Under the pieces are notes generated by a model. That model was given only the letters and a program-made list of their open reading frames with translations, ran no database searches and had not been told where the DNA came from. Shown one piece after another: positions 37,665 through 47,048 of a stretch of 64,000 nucleotides of DNA; within the stretch, counting starts at the first letter, position 1; every line of letters begins with the position of its first letter. The stretch lies in the NCBI GenBank assembly GCA_963666285.1, contig OY762711.1. One strand, given 5' to 3'. Source of the stretch: Sedimentisphaerales bacterium (GTDB lineage Bacteria; Planctomycetota; Phycisphaerae; Sedimentisphaerales; SM23-30). The position numbers and the translations under genes are program-made.

Positions 37665-37824
37665 GTGAGCTCTGGAAATTGCTTTTGATGCGATAGTTTA
37701 AGATTTTGGTTGCTGACAAGGAATATAAAATCGTGCATATTGGGCTATATTCACTGTTTTATATGACGCATGTTAGCAGGCAAAAGAAAAACTAGTCGCT
37801 CAAAATGAATTTTCAGAGGTTGCC
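37665..37824 (+). repeat. S-family intergenic repeat, copy 1 (~160 bp), candidate small RNA or MITE
   Basis: About 92% identical to 42776..42934. Differences include paired substitutions in TTGCTGACAAGG / CATGTTAGCAGG (copy 1) versus TTGCTGGCAAGG / CATGTCAGCAAG (copy 2), consistent with a conserved stem. Confidence 0.6.
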
Positions 37825-37939
37825 TTAATACTCATATTTACTCACTTTCTAATTTATGCGAAGCATAATTTAAACGCCTGATACCGAATGGCATCAAACC
37901 TCAGCTTGTATCTTATTACTTGTATCTTATTACTTTCTT

Positions 37940-38737
37940 CTACATATATCCCAACGCTCTCAGCTTCTGCATAGTAAATGTATCTTCCTTATCCTGGGCT
38001 CGACCGGCACGCTCGGAAGTATTAGTATGCTTCAACTCATAGATTATCTCATCTACATTGCTCGCATTAGATTCGATCGGACTGCAGCAAGGCACACAAC
38101 CGATACTGCGGAAACGCTTGCCTTCTTTACTGAAGTACAGTTCTGTTATCGGGATATTTTCTCGTTTGATATATTCCCAGATATCCAGCTCTGTCCAGCC
38201 CAGTAGCGGATGAACGCGGATATGCGTTTTCTCTTCAGCCTGGTTCTTATATTGATCCCAAAGCTCCGGCGGCTGATCCTGGTAGTTCCACTTAAACTCT
38301 TCGTTACGAGGCGAGAAAAATCTTTCCTTCGCCCGCACACCATGTTCGTCACGACGGATACCAAGCAGCAACGCCTCAAAACCATGCTTTGCTATCGCCT
38401 GCTTTAACCCTTCGGTCTTAAGAGCATTACAGCAATCCAGCTTCTTTTCATTACTCATACCAGCCGCAATTGCTTCTTCATTTCGGCTCACTACCAGGTC
38501 AAAACCCCATTTCTTGGAATATTCATCACGGAACCGATACATCTCCGGGAACTTATAACTTGTATCGATATGCAAAGCCTTAAACGGAACCTTACCGAAA
38601 AACGCCTTGCGAGTCAGCCACGCCAATGTTGTCGAATCTTTACCTATCGACCACAGCAGCGCTACGTTCTTATAATGATAATAAGCTTCTCGAATAATAT
38701 AAATACTCTGAGCTTCCAGTGCATCCAATCTGTCCAT
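37940..38737 (-). CDS. cysD: Sulfate adenylyltransferase subunit 2
   Basis: ..ALLWSIGKDSTTLAWL.. PP-loop; strong end-to-end similarity to E. coli CysD. Start taken at MDRLDALEAQSIYIIRE (AGGAG Shine-Dalgarno); the track starts at an upstream GTG. Confidence 0.8.
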   Translation of the reverse strand: MDRLDALEAQSIYIIREAYYHYKNVALLWSIGKDSTTLAWLTRKAFFGKVPFKALHIDTSYKFPEMYRFRDEYSKKWGFDLVVSRNEEAIAAGMSNEKKLDCCNALKTEGLKQAIAKHGFEALLLGIRRDEHGVRAKERFFSPRNEEFKWNYQDQPPELWDQYKNQAEEKTHIRVHPLLGWTELDIWEYIKRENIPITELYFSKEGKRFRSIGCVPCCSPIESNASNVDEIIYELKHTNTSERAGRAQDKEDTFTMQKLRALGYM

Positions 38738-38815
38738 TACTATCTCCTGTTTAATTATAGTTGCGAGCGGAGCGAGCTCCACCCCTTATGTCTTATGCCA
38801 TATCCCTTATCCCTG

Positions 38816-40144
38816 CTATGACAAAACTTTATTCATTATCGGCCCGGCCAGATTCGTTATTTCTAACTCTTCATCCAGCTCAATACCACGCGCCACCATA
38901 AACGCATCCGGATATGTGTGCATTCCTTCCAATTCCGTCTTGACGAATACCTCGTTACCGGCAATACCAAGTTTCAGATCATAGCCATCTTTCGGCACCG
39001 CTATCAGATCCGCCGCCCGGCCAAACGGCCCGGGATGTGTCGCCACCTTAACCGGGTTCATCACCGCCGCACCAGGTTGATCTTCCGGCCAGTAGATATC
39101 TTCCTTCATAATAACCTTATCCATTACCTGGTTACCTTCCGGATCTTTCATTTCCATCAGCTGCTTGATCAACTCATAACGTACACTCTGATAATCTTCC
39201 GGCGATACAATCCCGCCCGGCTCACGTCCCTGAACGTTCACAAACACCCTGCCTGGTATCAGGCAATACGCCTTGGTGCCTGACGGGTCTATACTCAACG
39301 GATGACGAACCTCTGCCGCCGTTTTCGTCCAGCCGTTCTCGACCATCCATCGGCTAAGCTGAACCTCATATTTGATCCGACAGAAACCGTGATCGCTAAA
39401 CACCATCAGTGGCACATCGTCACCGATCTTCTCCAGCAGCTGACCGATATAATTATCAATTCGGTTATAAAACTTAAAGAATGCCGGTGCAAACTCCGGA
39501 TCGTTATCTTCCATCTTTCCCCATAGAAAATGATTGATCCTGTCACTACCCATTACGTGAGTATGGAAGAAATCCCACTCCTCACGGTCAAGATAATGGA
39601 ACAATGCCTCAAACCTCTTATCCAGGGTATAATCCAGATTCGCCAGCATAGCTCTCTTATCCTGACGGGCCAATGCAGCATCACTGTCAAGCTGATAATC
39701 GATAGACTTTAGATACTCAGATTCATTCGACGGAAATACCGCCTTATCAACATTCGGTGCCAGAAATCCGCCGATCAACACACCATTAATGGGCTTGGGC
39801 GGATATGTAGAAGGCACATTCATACCAAACACACGCTTACCCTTGGCTGATAGCTTCTGCCAGATATGGTCAGCGGTCATTGTTGCATTATTCGGAAACT
39901 GAAGACCCCATGTACCGGGCTCACGATCAATAAAACCATAATTACTGTGAATGCCGGGATTAACACCTGTAGCATAGCTCGCCCACGCAACCGACGATAC
40001 TGTCGGCTGCACTGACTTCATTGCACTAAATCGGTTAGCCTTTGCTATAGCTGCCAGGTTCGGCATAGTTCCATCATTGAACATACGCTCCATCAAACCG
40101 TACGGCACACCATCAATACTCAATACCATAAATTTGGTAGACAT
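38816..40144 (-). CDS. Alkaline-phosphatase-superfamily protein (type I phosphodiesterase / nucleotide pyrophosphatase-like)
   Basis: 442 aa; N-terminal ..LSIDGVPYGL.. metal-site region typical of the NPP/AlkP core. No sulfatase CxPxR motif. Confidence 0.5.
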   Translation of the reverse strand: MSTKFMVLSIDGVPYGLMERMFNDGTMPNLAAIAKANRFSAMKSVQPTVSSVAWASYATGVNPGIHSNYGFIDREPGTWGLQFPNNATMTADHIWQKLSAKGKRVFGMNVPSTYPPKPINGVLIGGFLAPNVDKAVFPSNESEYLKSIDYQLDSDAALARQDKRAMLANLDYTLDKRFEALFHYLDREEWDFFHTHVMGSDRINHFLWGKMEDNDPEFAPAFFKFYNRIDNYIGQLLEKIGDDVPLMVFSDHGFCRIKYEVQLSRWMVENGWTKTAAEVRHPLSIDPSGTKAYCLIPGRVFVNVQGREPGGIVSPEDYQSVRYELIKQLMEMKDPEGNQVMDKVIMKEDIYWPEDQPGAAVMNPVKVATHPGPFGRAADLIAVPKDGYDLKLGIAGNEVFVKTELEGMHTYPDAFMVARGIELDEELEITNLAGPIMNKVLS

Positions 40145-40267
40145 TATCTCATACCTTTCTATTTGTAGTATTATTGCTCATTAATATTTGCGTCAGCTTA
40201 TAATCTATGTCACGATAGCGACACCAAGTCTTATATCTTCTAACTTAAAACATGCTGACAACTTTTT

Positions 40268-40501
40268 TTACAGATACCCCAAAGCCTTCAGACGATCTTT
40301 CACATCTGACATCTCCTTATTGGATATCTCGCCTCTAACCTCACTGCCCCGGCTTGCCACCAGGTCACGCAAAACATAGGTCACAAAATCTGTTACAGAA
40401 TTATAGCCACTACCTTCTATAGTAGTAGCTAATTTATCATATAATGGCCTTGGTATCTTAATTGTTACTTTATTATGGCCGTTTTTCTTTTCTTCTGACA
40501 T
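40268..40501 (-). CDS. Ribbon-helix-helix (CopG/Arc-family) DNA-binding protein
   Basis: 77 aa; N-terminal beta-strand plus two helices (KVTIKIPRPLYDKLATTIEGSGYNSVTDFVTYVLRDL). Confidence 0.55.
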   Translation of the reverse strand: MSEEKKNGHNKVTIKIPRPLYDKLATTIEGSGYNSVTDFVTYVLRDLVASRGSEVRGEISNKEMSDVKDRLKALGYL

Positions 40502-40644
40502 ATTTTCTCCTGGGAACGCTGAGCTTTAGCTCGGCATATTCGCCGCCAGGCGATTGTAAATAGTGACGAGCGTAAGCGAGTACCGCAATTCTTCACCCGC
40601 TTTAGCGACATGCGAAGCATACATCGCTCTTCACTCTTAACTCA

Positions 40645-40675
40645 CTCTTATTTTCTATATTATAGAAAATAAGAG
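40645..40675. promoter_or_regulatory. Perfect 15-bp-arm palindrome upstream of the RHH gene (candidate operator)
   Basis: CTCTTATTTTCTATA-T-TATAGAAAATAAGAG, about 145 bp upstream of the RHH start codon. Confidence 0.35.
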
Positions 40676-40875
40676 TGCTATAACACTCTCATTAGAGTCC
40701 AAAATGCTCAAAAAATCAAGAAAAATTCAATATTCACAGATTTTCAGTAACAATCAACCTCTATACCCGTCTATACTTATAACATAATTTAAGGATTATT
40801 CTGGATATATGGATTATTCCGACATACAATCTAACCGGTTGTTATATATATGGTTATTTCACAAGGAGATAAAAA

Positions 40876-41322
40876 ATGCTTAAAAACGCAATCCTTCTAC
40901 TGGCTATCACACTCACTCTTCTGGCATGCGGCTGTAAATCTCAGCAGCAATTGGAACACGAGCGGGAATTAATGAAAATGACCTGCGAACAAAATAACGC
41001 CACCATGACTAAATTAATGGAATATTCCCAGGAGTCAAAAGCTCAATCCAAGGCCTCAGTAAAACCCAATCACTTTCTTGAAGGTGCAGAATTAGTTGGC
41101 GGCGGCCTTCTGATCGAATGGAAAGTACCGGCTGAAGGCACATGCTATTACACCTGGAACAGTAAAATCATCCAAACCAAATCTGTTGATTTAGGTGAAT
41201 ATTTTGAGATCAACATTTCGCCTGATGAAACTGAAAATATTATATCAGCCAAAAATATGTTCGGCATCGAACCTGATGAACCTATCATCGCCGAACTTTG
41301 GTTCAAACCAAAACAACAATAA
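40876..41322 (+). CDS. Lipoprotein (hypothetical)
   Basis: Lipobox LLAITLTLLACGCKS; 148 aa. Confidence 0.45.
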   Translation: MLKNAILLLAITLTLLACGCKSQQQLEHERELMKMTCEQNNATMTKLMEYSQESKAQSKASVKPNHFLEGAELVGGGLLIEWKVPAEGTCYYTWNSKIIQTKSVDLGEYFEINISPDETENIISAKNMFGIEPDEPIIAELWFKPKQQ

Positions 41323-41447
41323 CTTATATGTTAACTAATAATAAATCAGCATCCCGATTGTTGAGCGTAGCGAAATCCCGGTATATCGGGACACCTTCCC
41401 TAATACCTGATAACAAATACCTTCTAGTTCCTATTATTGAGGTCATC

Positions 41448-42767
41448 ATGAAAAAAACAATATTTGCATTCTTGATACTACTATCTCTTGTCATTACCGG
41501 TTGTGTTATTGTCCATAGCGACGGAAAATCTTTCCAATACCACAAAAACAATCCCGAACATATCCAGATTGTCGCCAACCAGATAGAATTCTCAGAAGAA
41601 GGACAGGCTCTATTCAAAGGCAAATGGTCCGCCAGCGGCAACTGGAAAAATGTTAACCACATCACACTCATGATAGAAAACTTCTCAAATGAGACCGGCC
41701 AGAGCACCTGGGCTACAACTCTAAACACCGACCAGATCGAAGGGCTGCCGTTGCTTACCTCAGAAGAGTTCAACCCGGAATTCTCTTTTAAAATCATTCG
41801 CAGCTATGGCACAATGACCTTCACTGGCAAACGCAAAAACAAAGATGCTGCCGGTGAAATATCTCTTGAAATTGATAGTGCCTACCTGGCAAAGATCAAG
41901 GAACTTACCGGCAGTGACATCACCAACAGCCAGGTCATCGAGCTATGGTGCTACCAGGTCAGCCCTGAATATATCCAGAAAATATCAACTGCATTCAATA
42001 ATAAGATTTCCATCAACGACATTATCAACCTGTCTCGCTATAATGTCAAATCGGAATTCGTTACCGCATACAAGGAAGCCGGCTACAACTTCACTCCGGC
42101 TAACTATATCAAGCTCGACCGCTACAACGTCAAGCCCTCTTATGCCGCCGCCTACAAAAAAGGTGAATTCGATTTCAATACCGACCAGCTCATCCAGTTG
42201 GACCGCTACAACGTTAAGCCAGCAGAAATGATCGAATTCAAAAAACTCGGATATAACTTTGATATCGAATCCATGATCAAGGCAGACAGGTACAACGTCC
42301 ACCCTTCTTACGCTAAAAAGTTCCAGGATGCTGGCTATCAGTTCAACCTCGAACAGCTCATCAAGGCCGATCGATACAACATCAAACCCGAAGATATGGC
42401 CGTCTTCAGAAACGCCGGTTATGATTTCAATATCGAGACAATGATCAAGGCTGACCGCTATAACATCAACCCGGAATACGCCCAACAGTTCAAACACGCC
42501 GGCTGCGAATTCACACTCGACCAGCTTATCGACCTCGACCGGTACAACATCAAGCCAGGCTATGTCGTACCGCTCAAAGAACTCGGCTACAACTTCTCTA
42601 TCGATGAACTGAAGAACCTTAAACGATACAATGTCTCTGTTGACTACATTACAACCATACACAACCCAGACTACGAAAACTTTTCAGCCCAGGAAATTAT
42701 CGAATTCAAAAAATCCAATATGTCAGCCGAAACCATCAAAAAAATACGCAGCAAAAAAGCTAAATAA
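41448..42767 (+). CDS. Lipoprotein with about ten tandem 28-residue repeats (consensus DRYN[VI]KP.Y...[FY]..AGY.F......LI.A)
   Basis: ATG at 41448 after GAGG; lipobox LLSLVITGCV. Repeats such as DRYNVHPSYAKKFQDAGYQFNLEQLIKA / DRYNIKPEDMAVFRNAGYDFNIETMIKA recur with an 84-nt period from about 42000 to 42650. Confidence 0.55.
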   Translation: MKKTIFAFLILLSLVITGCVIVHSDGKSFQYHKNNPEHIQIVANQIEFSEEGQALFKGKWSASGNWKNVNHITLMIENFSNETGQSTWATTLNTDQIEGLPLLTSEEFNPEFSFKIIRSYGTMTFTGKRKNKDAAGEISLEIDSAYLAKIKELTGSDITNSQVIELWCYQVSPEYIQKISTAFNNKISINDIINLSRYNVKSEFVTAYKEAGYNFTPANYIKLDRYNVKPSYAAAYKKGEFDFNTDQLIQLDRYNVKPAEMIEFKKLGYNFDIESMIKADRYNVHPSYAKKFQDAGYQFNLEQLIKADRYNIKPEDMAVFRNAGYDFNIETMIKADRYNINPEYAQQFKHAGCEFTLDQLIDLDRYNIKPGYVVPLKELGYNFSIDELKNLKRYNVSVDYITTIHNPDYENFSAQEIIEFKKSNMSAETIKKIRSKKAK

Positions 42768-42775
42768 TATTATAG

Positions 42776-42934
42776 GTGACCTCTGGAAATTGCTTTTGAT
42801 GCGATAGTTTAAGATTTTGGTTGCTGGCAAGGAACATAAAATCGTGCATATTGGCTATATTCACTGTTTTATGTGACACATGTCAGCAAGTAAAAGAAAA
42901 ACTTGTCGCTCAAAATTAATTTTCAGAGATTGCC
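42776..42934 (+). repeat. S-family intergenic repeat, copy 2
   Basis: See copy 1. Same orientation; lies between the repeat lipoprotein and a small zinc-ribbon membrane protein. Confidence 0.6.
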
Positions 42935-42963
42935 TATAAGTTTACTTTCGCACTATAATAAAT

Positions 42964-43290
42964 ATGCAAATCATAGAAGACACTAAATTTGGAAGACGCT
43001 ATCTAATAGGAAATTTTCTATATTTAATTCCTGGCATAATTGCATTTTACTTTGCTGTTAGAAATTGGGAAGAATTTAATTCAACCTGCAAAATCAGCAT
43101 TGGCATTTTCATCGGATGTATCCTATTTGGAATTGGCCTTGATATATTCCGATTCAGAACCTACAAATGCCCCAAATGCAAAACACACATACCACAGAAA
43201 ATTGTAGATGAAAATAATGGACGCATCTTTTATTACTGCGAAAGATGTGATATAAAATGGGACACAACACTAAGCATAGATAACCATTAA
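42964..43290 (+). CDS. Small membrane protein with a C-terminal zinc-ribbon (CPKC..CERC)
   Basis: 108 aa; two TM segments then CPKCKTH...YCERCD. Confidence 0.4.
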   Translation: MQIIEDTKFGRRYLIGNFLYLIPGIIAFYFAVRNWEEFNSTCKISIGIFIGCILFGIGLDIFRFRTYKCPKCKTHIPQKIVDENNGRIFYYCERCDIKWDTTLSIDNH

Positions 43291-43313
43291 ATTATTAAAA
43301 ACAAGGACCGACC

Positions 43314-44207
43314 ATGCGAACAGTATTATTTATTTCTATCGTATTGTTCTTTATTTCTGGTTGTTCCCAACCAGGCAAATCCACTTCACTGCCGGTACCA
43401 TACCGCAACTGGGAATCGAACTCCGTCACAGCCAATGGCATCATGATCCATTACTGGCGCACTGGCGGCCAGAATAAACCCGTTATCATTATGGCCCACG
43501 GCATAACTGACTATGGACTTAACTGGGCTTCGCTCGCCGCCAGGCTTCAAAATGATTATGATATCATCATGTACGATGCCAGGGGGCATGGTTTCTCTCA
43601 GAAACCGGACGAGCCATACTCCCTCAATGCTCACATGCTGGATCTCGTCGGCCTTATAGAAGCTCTAAAAATCCAAAAGCCTATCCTGATCGGCCATTCG
43701 ATGGGCGGCTCTACCGTAGCACTCACCGCCGCCACTTACCCAAACCTGCCCGCAGCTGTCATCATGGAAGACCCGCCCATGGAAGAAGCCCTGGAACATC
43801 TTTCCCCCGACATACATAGCGATTGGAAAAACTCCGTTGAAAAAATGAACATCACCCCAAAATTGCAGCTCATGAAAGACGCAGAAACTAAATATCATCC
43901 CGGCTGGTCTAAATTCGAATACGACCTCTGGGCTGAGTCCAAACATCTGGTGCACCCAAACGTTATAGATATCCTCCTGCAAGGCGGTTTCGGAAACCCA
44001 AGAACTATCTTTACTAAAATTATTGCACCCACTCTAATTCTAAAAGCTGACACCGACAACCCTGATTACCGCCAGAGACACCTCGACGCCACCGGACTTA
44101 TTCACAACGGCAGACTCATACATATCAAAGGTGCAAGCCACCTTATCAGAAAAGACAAGCCGATACAAACAGAACAGGAAATCCGTAAATTCCTTAACAA
44201 ACTCTAA
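43314..44207 (+). CDS. Alpha/beta-hydrolase-fold lipoprotein (esterase/lipase-like)
   Basis: Lipobox FISGCS; HG oxyanion motif (MAHGITDYG) and nucleophile elbow GHSMGG. Confidence 0.75.
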   Translation: MRTVLFISIVLFFISGCSQPGKSTSLPVPYRNWESNSVTANGIMIHYWRTGGQNKPVIIMAHGITDYGLNWASLAARLQNDYDIIMYDARGHGFSQKPDEPYSLNAHMLDLVGLIEALKIQKPILIGHSMGGSTVALTAATYPNLPAAVIMEDPPMEEALEHLSPDIHSDWKNSVEKMNITPKLQLMKDAETKYHPGWSKFEYDLWAESKHLVHPNVIDILLQGGFGNPRTIFTKIIAPTLILKADTDNPDYRQRHLDATGLIHNGRLIHIKGASHLIRKDKPIQTEQEIRKFLNKL

Positions 44208-44292
44208 ACTTAATAGCGATTGCAATTCTTCTCTACCTGATTACTCAAGGTGAACAATTTCAAACTTTATTCTTTTTAACATCTAACCCCTT

Positions 44293-44317
44293 TCAAACCG
44301 GCTATCGGTCAGTTTGG
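44293..44317. terminator. Hairpin motif, copy 3 (TCAAACCGGCTATCGGTCAGTTTGG), between the convergent hydrolase and ankyrin genes
   Basis: Same ATCGGTCAGTTTG core; abuts the ankyrin gene's stop codon. Confidence 0.35.
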
Positions 44318-45664
44318 TTAATTAATATATTTACCAAACTGCTCGATAACGTATTTGTCATATCCATCGATGCTTTTCTTCTTCTTGTATTTTTCTATCA
44401 GCTCTTGCGGTATTTCAGCTCCGGCCTTTAGCAATTCTTCCAGGACAAATGCTTCTCTCTTGATCGCTACGGTCAGTGCTGTCGCTCCATCTTTCTCCCT
44501 CATAAAATTCACATCAGCTCCGGCTTCAAGCAGCTCTTTAATACAATTTGTGCCACCTTGCTCAACAGCCAGCATCAATGGAGTTTTTTCTGCGATCTTA
44601 TTAAAACTATTCACATCAGCTCCGGCGGCAATATAAGCTTTAACTTTATCGCTCCTGCCGTCGTCAATAGCTTTCCATAATTCACTATCCCGATCTATAC
44701 CCTTTGCTTCTATGATCAACTTGAGAATATCAGCATTCTTACTATTGATTGCACAATCTAAACATGTCATACCATTGAAATATTCAACATCCAGGTCAGG
44801 CTCATAATTTAGCACCAGCTCAACCATTTCAGGCTTACAACTTCTGATAGCCGCAAATAATGGGTCATAACTCAATTTATGACTTAAATGAATATCAGCC
44901 CCAACTTCAAGCAAAAGCTTCACAACTTCTGTTTGTCCTTTATATAGTGCCGCCAGGATTGCTGTGCTAACTTCATCTTTACTTAAAAGGTTAACATCTG
45001 CACCTTTGTCGATTAATGTCTTTACTATTTCAATATGCCCATTCTGTGCTGCATAATACAAAGCACTATGATTATCAACACACACAGTATTTACATTTGC
45101 TCCTTTTTCTATCAGTAAATCTACTATTTCTTTATGACCGTACTCTGCCGCCAACAACAGCGGAGTAGCATCACATTCACCATCTACATCACAACCAAGA
45201 CTCAAAAAATATTTGACTAAATCCATATCACCATTTTGTGCCGCAACATGCATTGCTGTAAATCCATTACATTCTAATATCGCCCCTTCTTCAACCAGCA
45301 TATGAACGATCTTATCACACCTTCTATCAACTGCGACCATCAATAAACTGGAATCTCCAAAGCCTGATTCGTTCTGCTCAAATCCTACTTTATACTCACC
45401 TGCACTATAAATTCCGCCAACTCCACACCAACCGCAGCATCGCACCGATTTGATCTTATAATTGACATCAGCACCGGCATCTAATAATCTTTTTATCTCA
45501 TCATATGATTCGTCCGTCATATTCAATGCTGTGCGATCCAGTTCCTCATTAAGCTCACGCACTCGAATATCATTACACGTTGACCATACGATCCATATTG
45601 TCAGACCTGAAATAGACAACAGCAGCCAGTGATATTTAATTAAATTCTTTAACATAATTACCAA
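44318..45664 (-). CDS. Ankyrin-repeat protein with an N-terminal TM anchor
   Basis: Multiple ..G.TPLH.AA..GH..VV..LL..GADVN.. ankyrin repeats; 448 aa. Confidence 0.75.
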   Translation of the reverse strand: MVIMLKNLIKYHWLLLSISGLTIWIVWSTCNDIRVRELNEELDRTALNMTDESYDEIKRLLDAGADVNYKIKSVRCCGWCGVGGIYSAGEYKVGFEQNESGFGDSSLLMVAVDRRCDKIVHMLVEEGAILECNGFTAMHVAAQNGDMDLVKYFLSLGCDVDGECDATPLLLAAEYGHKEIVDLLIEKGANVNTVCVDNHSALYYAAQNGHIEIVKTLIDKGADVNLLSKDEVSTAILAALYKGQTEVVKLLLEVGADIHLSHKLSYDPLFAAIRSCKPEMVELVLNYEPDLDVEYFNGMTCLDCAINSKNADILKLIIEAKGIDRDSELWKAIDDGRSDKVKAYIAAGADVNSFNKIAEKTPLMLAVEQGGTNCIKELLEAGADVNFMREKDGATALTVAIKREAFVLEELLKAGAEIPQELIEKYKKKKSIDGYDKYVIEQFGKYIN

Positions 45665-46078
45665 CCATTCTGTAACTCAACAATATCGGCAAATAACCAC
45701 TCTTTCGATACCGATTATTATATATCATATTGTTTTCATATCAAGAGTATTAACCTTCGATTTACGCCCATTTTACAGTGCGGCAATATCGTCGGGAAAA
45801 ACTTTTCGCCCGAACTTAAAATATCAACACATTTCTGGCACATGACCAAATTCCACACTAAAGCCTTAACTCTAATTAAACTAACCCTTTATAGAATAAA
45901 ATAACATTCCATCATTATCGATCGATCCTGCTTTTTACATTATTTCCTTGAACTTGAAACGCAATTTCTGGTAACATAAAAGATGTGTTTTATTGTGATT
46001 TTTACGTTTTCAACATCGTTCCACACACTTTAAGTGAAACGATGGACATTTAATCTAAATCATATTGGAGGTTTTAAA

Positions 46079-46756
46079 ATGAGAAAAATTTTAATGGCGA
46101 TTGTTGTTATGGCCCTTTCCATGTCTGCCCATGCCGGATATTACATTGCCGGTGAATATAATGGATGGGATGCCGGTGCAAATGAAATGACCGATAATGG
46201 TGACGGCACTTACTCATACACTGTTACTGGTTTAGACGCCGGCCAGCGACAGGAATTCAAAATCACCGACGGCACATGGGACTGGAATTTCCCAGGACCA
46301 AACAGCTGGTACTATACCGATGCCAACGGTGAAGTCACTATCACTTTCAATACAAACGAAGTTAATGACGGATGGTCAACAAATATCAACCGCATACAGC
46401 TCAGTACAGATCCCGGCACATGGACAATCGCCGGTAGTTTCCAGGGCTGGGACAATGCTAACGCCGCTACCGCTATGACATCAATTGGCGGCGGTATCTA
46501 CTCTCTTTCCCAGACTCTCGATGCTGGTACTTACTATTTTAAGGCTGTCGTTACCGGCACCTGGGATTCTATCAGCTGGGACAACCGCTCTGTCGGTACT
46601 GACAATATTACCCTGGACCTTACCGAAACTCAGGATGTAATTTTCTACGTTGACGCTTTTAGCGGAACAATCAAAACTGAAGTTGTTCCGGAACCGGCTA
46701 CTATGGCTCTTCTCGGCTTTGGCGCTTTCGCTATCCACCGCCGCAGAAAAGCATAA
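46079..46756 (+). CDS. PEP-CTERM-anchored secreted protein
   Basis: GGAGG Shine-Dalgarno 7 nt before the ATG at 46079. Signal peptide MRKILMAIVVMALSMSAHA; C-terminal VPEPATMALLGFGAFAIHRRRKA. Confidence 0.7.
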   Translation: MRKILMAIVVMALSMSAHAGYYIAGEYNGWDAGANEMTDNGDGTYSYTVTGLDAGQRQEFKITDGTWDWNFPGPNSWYYTDANGEVTITFNTNEVNDGWSTNINRIQLSTDPGTWTIAGSFQGWDNANAATAMTSIGGGIYSLSQTLDAGTYYFKAVVTGTWDSISWDNRSVGTDNITLDLTETQDVIFYVDAFSGTIKTEVVPEPATMALLGFGAFAIHRRRKA

Positions 46757-46780
46757 CATAATCATTGTCTAACAAACTTA

Positions 46781-46819
46781 AAGCCGTTTCTGACTCTTGA
46801 TCAGAAGCGGCTTTTTTTT
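46781..46819 (+). terminator. Strong rho-independent terminator
   Basis: AAGCCGTTTCTGA-CTCTTGA-TCAGAAGCGGCTT followed by 8 T. Confidence 0.7.
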
Positions 46820-46833
46820 ATAATCAAAATATC

Positions 46834-47038
46834 AGTTTGCTTTCGCAGTTTTCAAGTTGCAAAAATCGCCTAAAAGGGCCTTCCTGCAACGCTTTGAGTT
46901 AAATATACTTTCGAGAATTAGCTCGGAAATACATTTAAATATAAAGTTTCTCATTCACAAGGCCTTGTTCTGGCCTTTGCGTGTAATGTTGAACAGTCAA
47001 AAGTGCGCCATGCATATGATGCGAAGCATAAACCGCAC
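46834..47038 (+). repeat. R-family repeat, copy R5 (modules A+B)
   Basis: TTTGCTTTCGCAGTTTTCAAGTTGCAAAAATCGCCTAAAAGGGCCTTCCTGCAAC ... CACAAGGCCTTGTTCTGGCCTTTGCGTGTAATGTTGAACAGTCAAAAGTGCGCCATGCATATGATGCGAAGCATAAACCGCAC. Confidence 0.55.
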
Positions 47039-47048
47039 TATCAAACTT

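Noticed and set aside
41985-42662. 225-aa antisense ORF inside the repeat-lipoprotein gene
   Set aside because: Open frame generated by the 84-nt tandem periodicity on the opposite strand. The sense strand has a lipobox, a ribosome-binding site and a coherent repeat protein.
44293-44325. Resemblance of CCGGCTATCGGTCAGTTTGG to the 3' end of E. coli RNase P RNA (..CCGGCUUAUCGGUCAGUUUC..)
   Set aside because: The region upstream is an alpha/beta-hydrolase CDS, so there is no room for a 350-nt rnpB. The same motif occurs as a self-contained hairpin at two other sites. I take the resemblance as coincidental.
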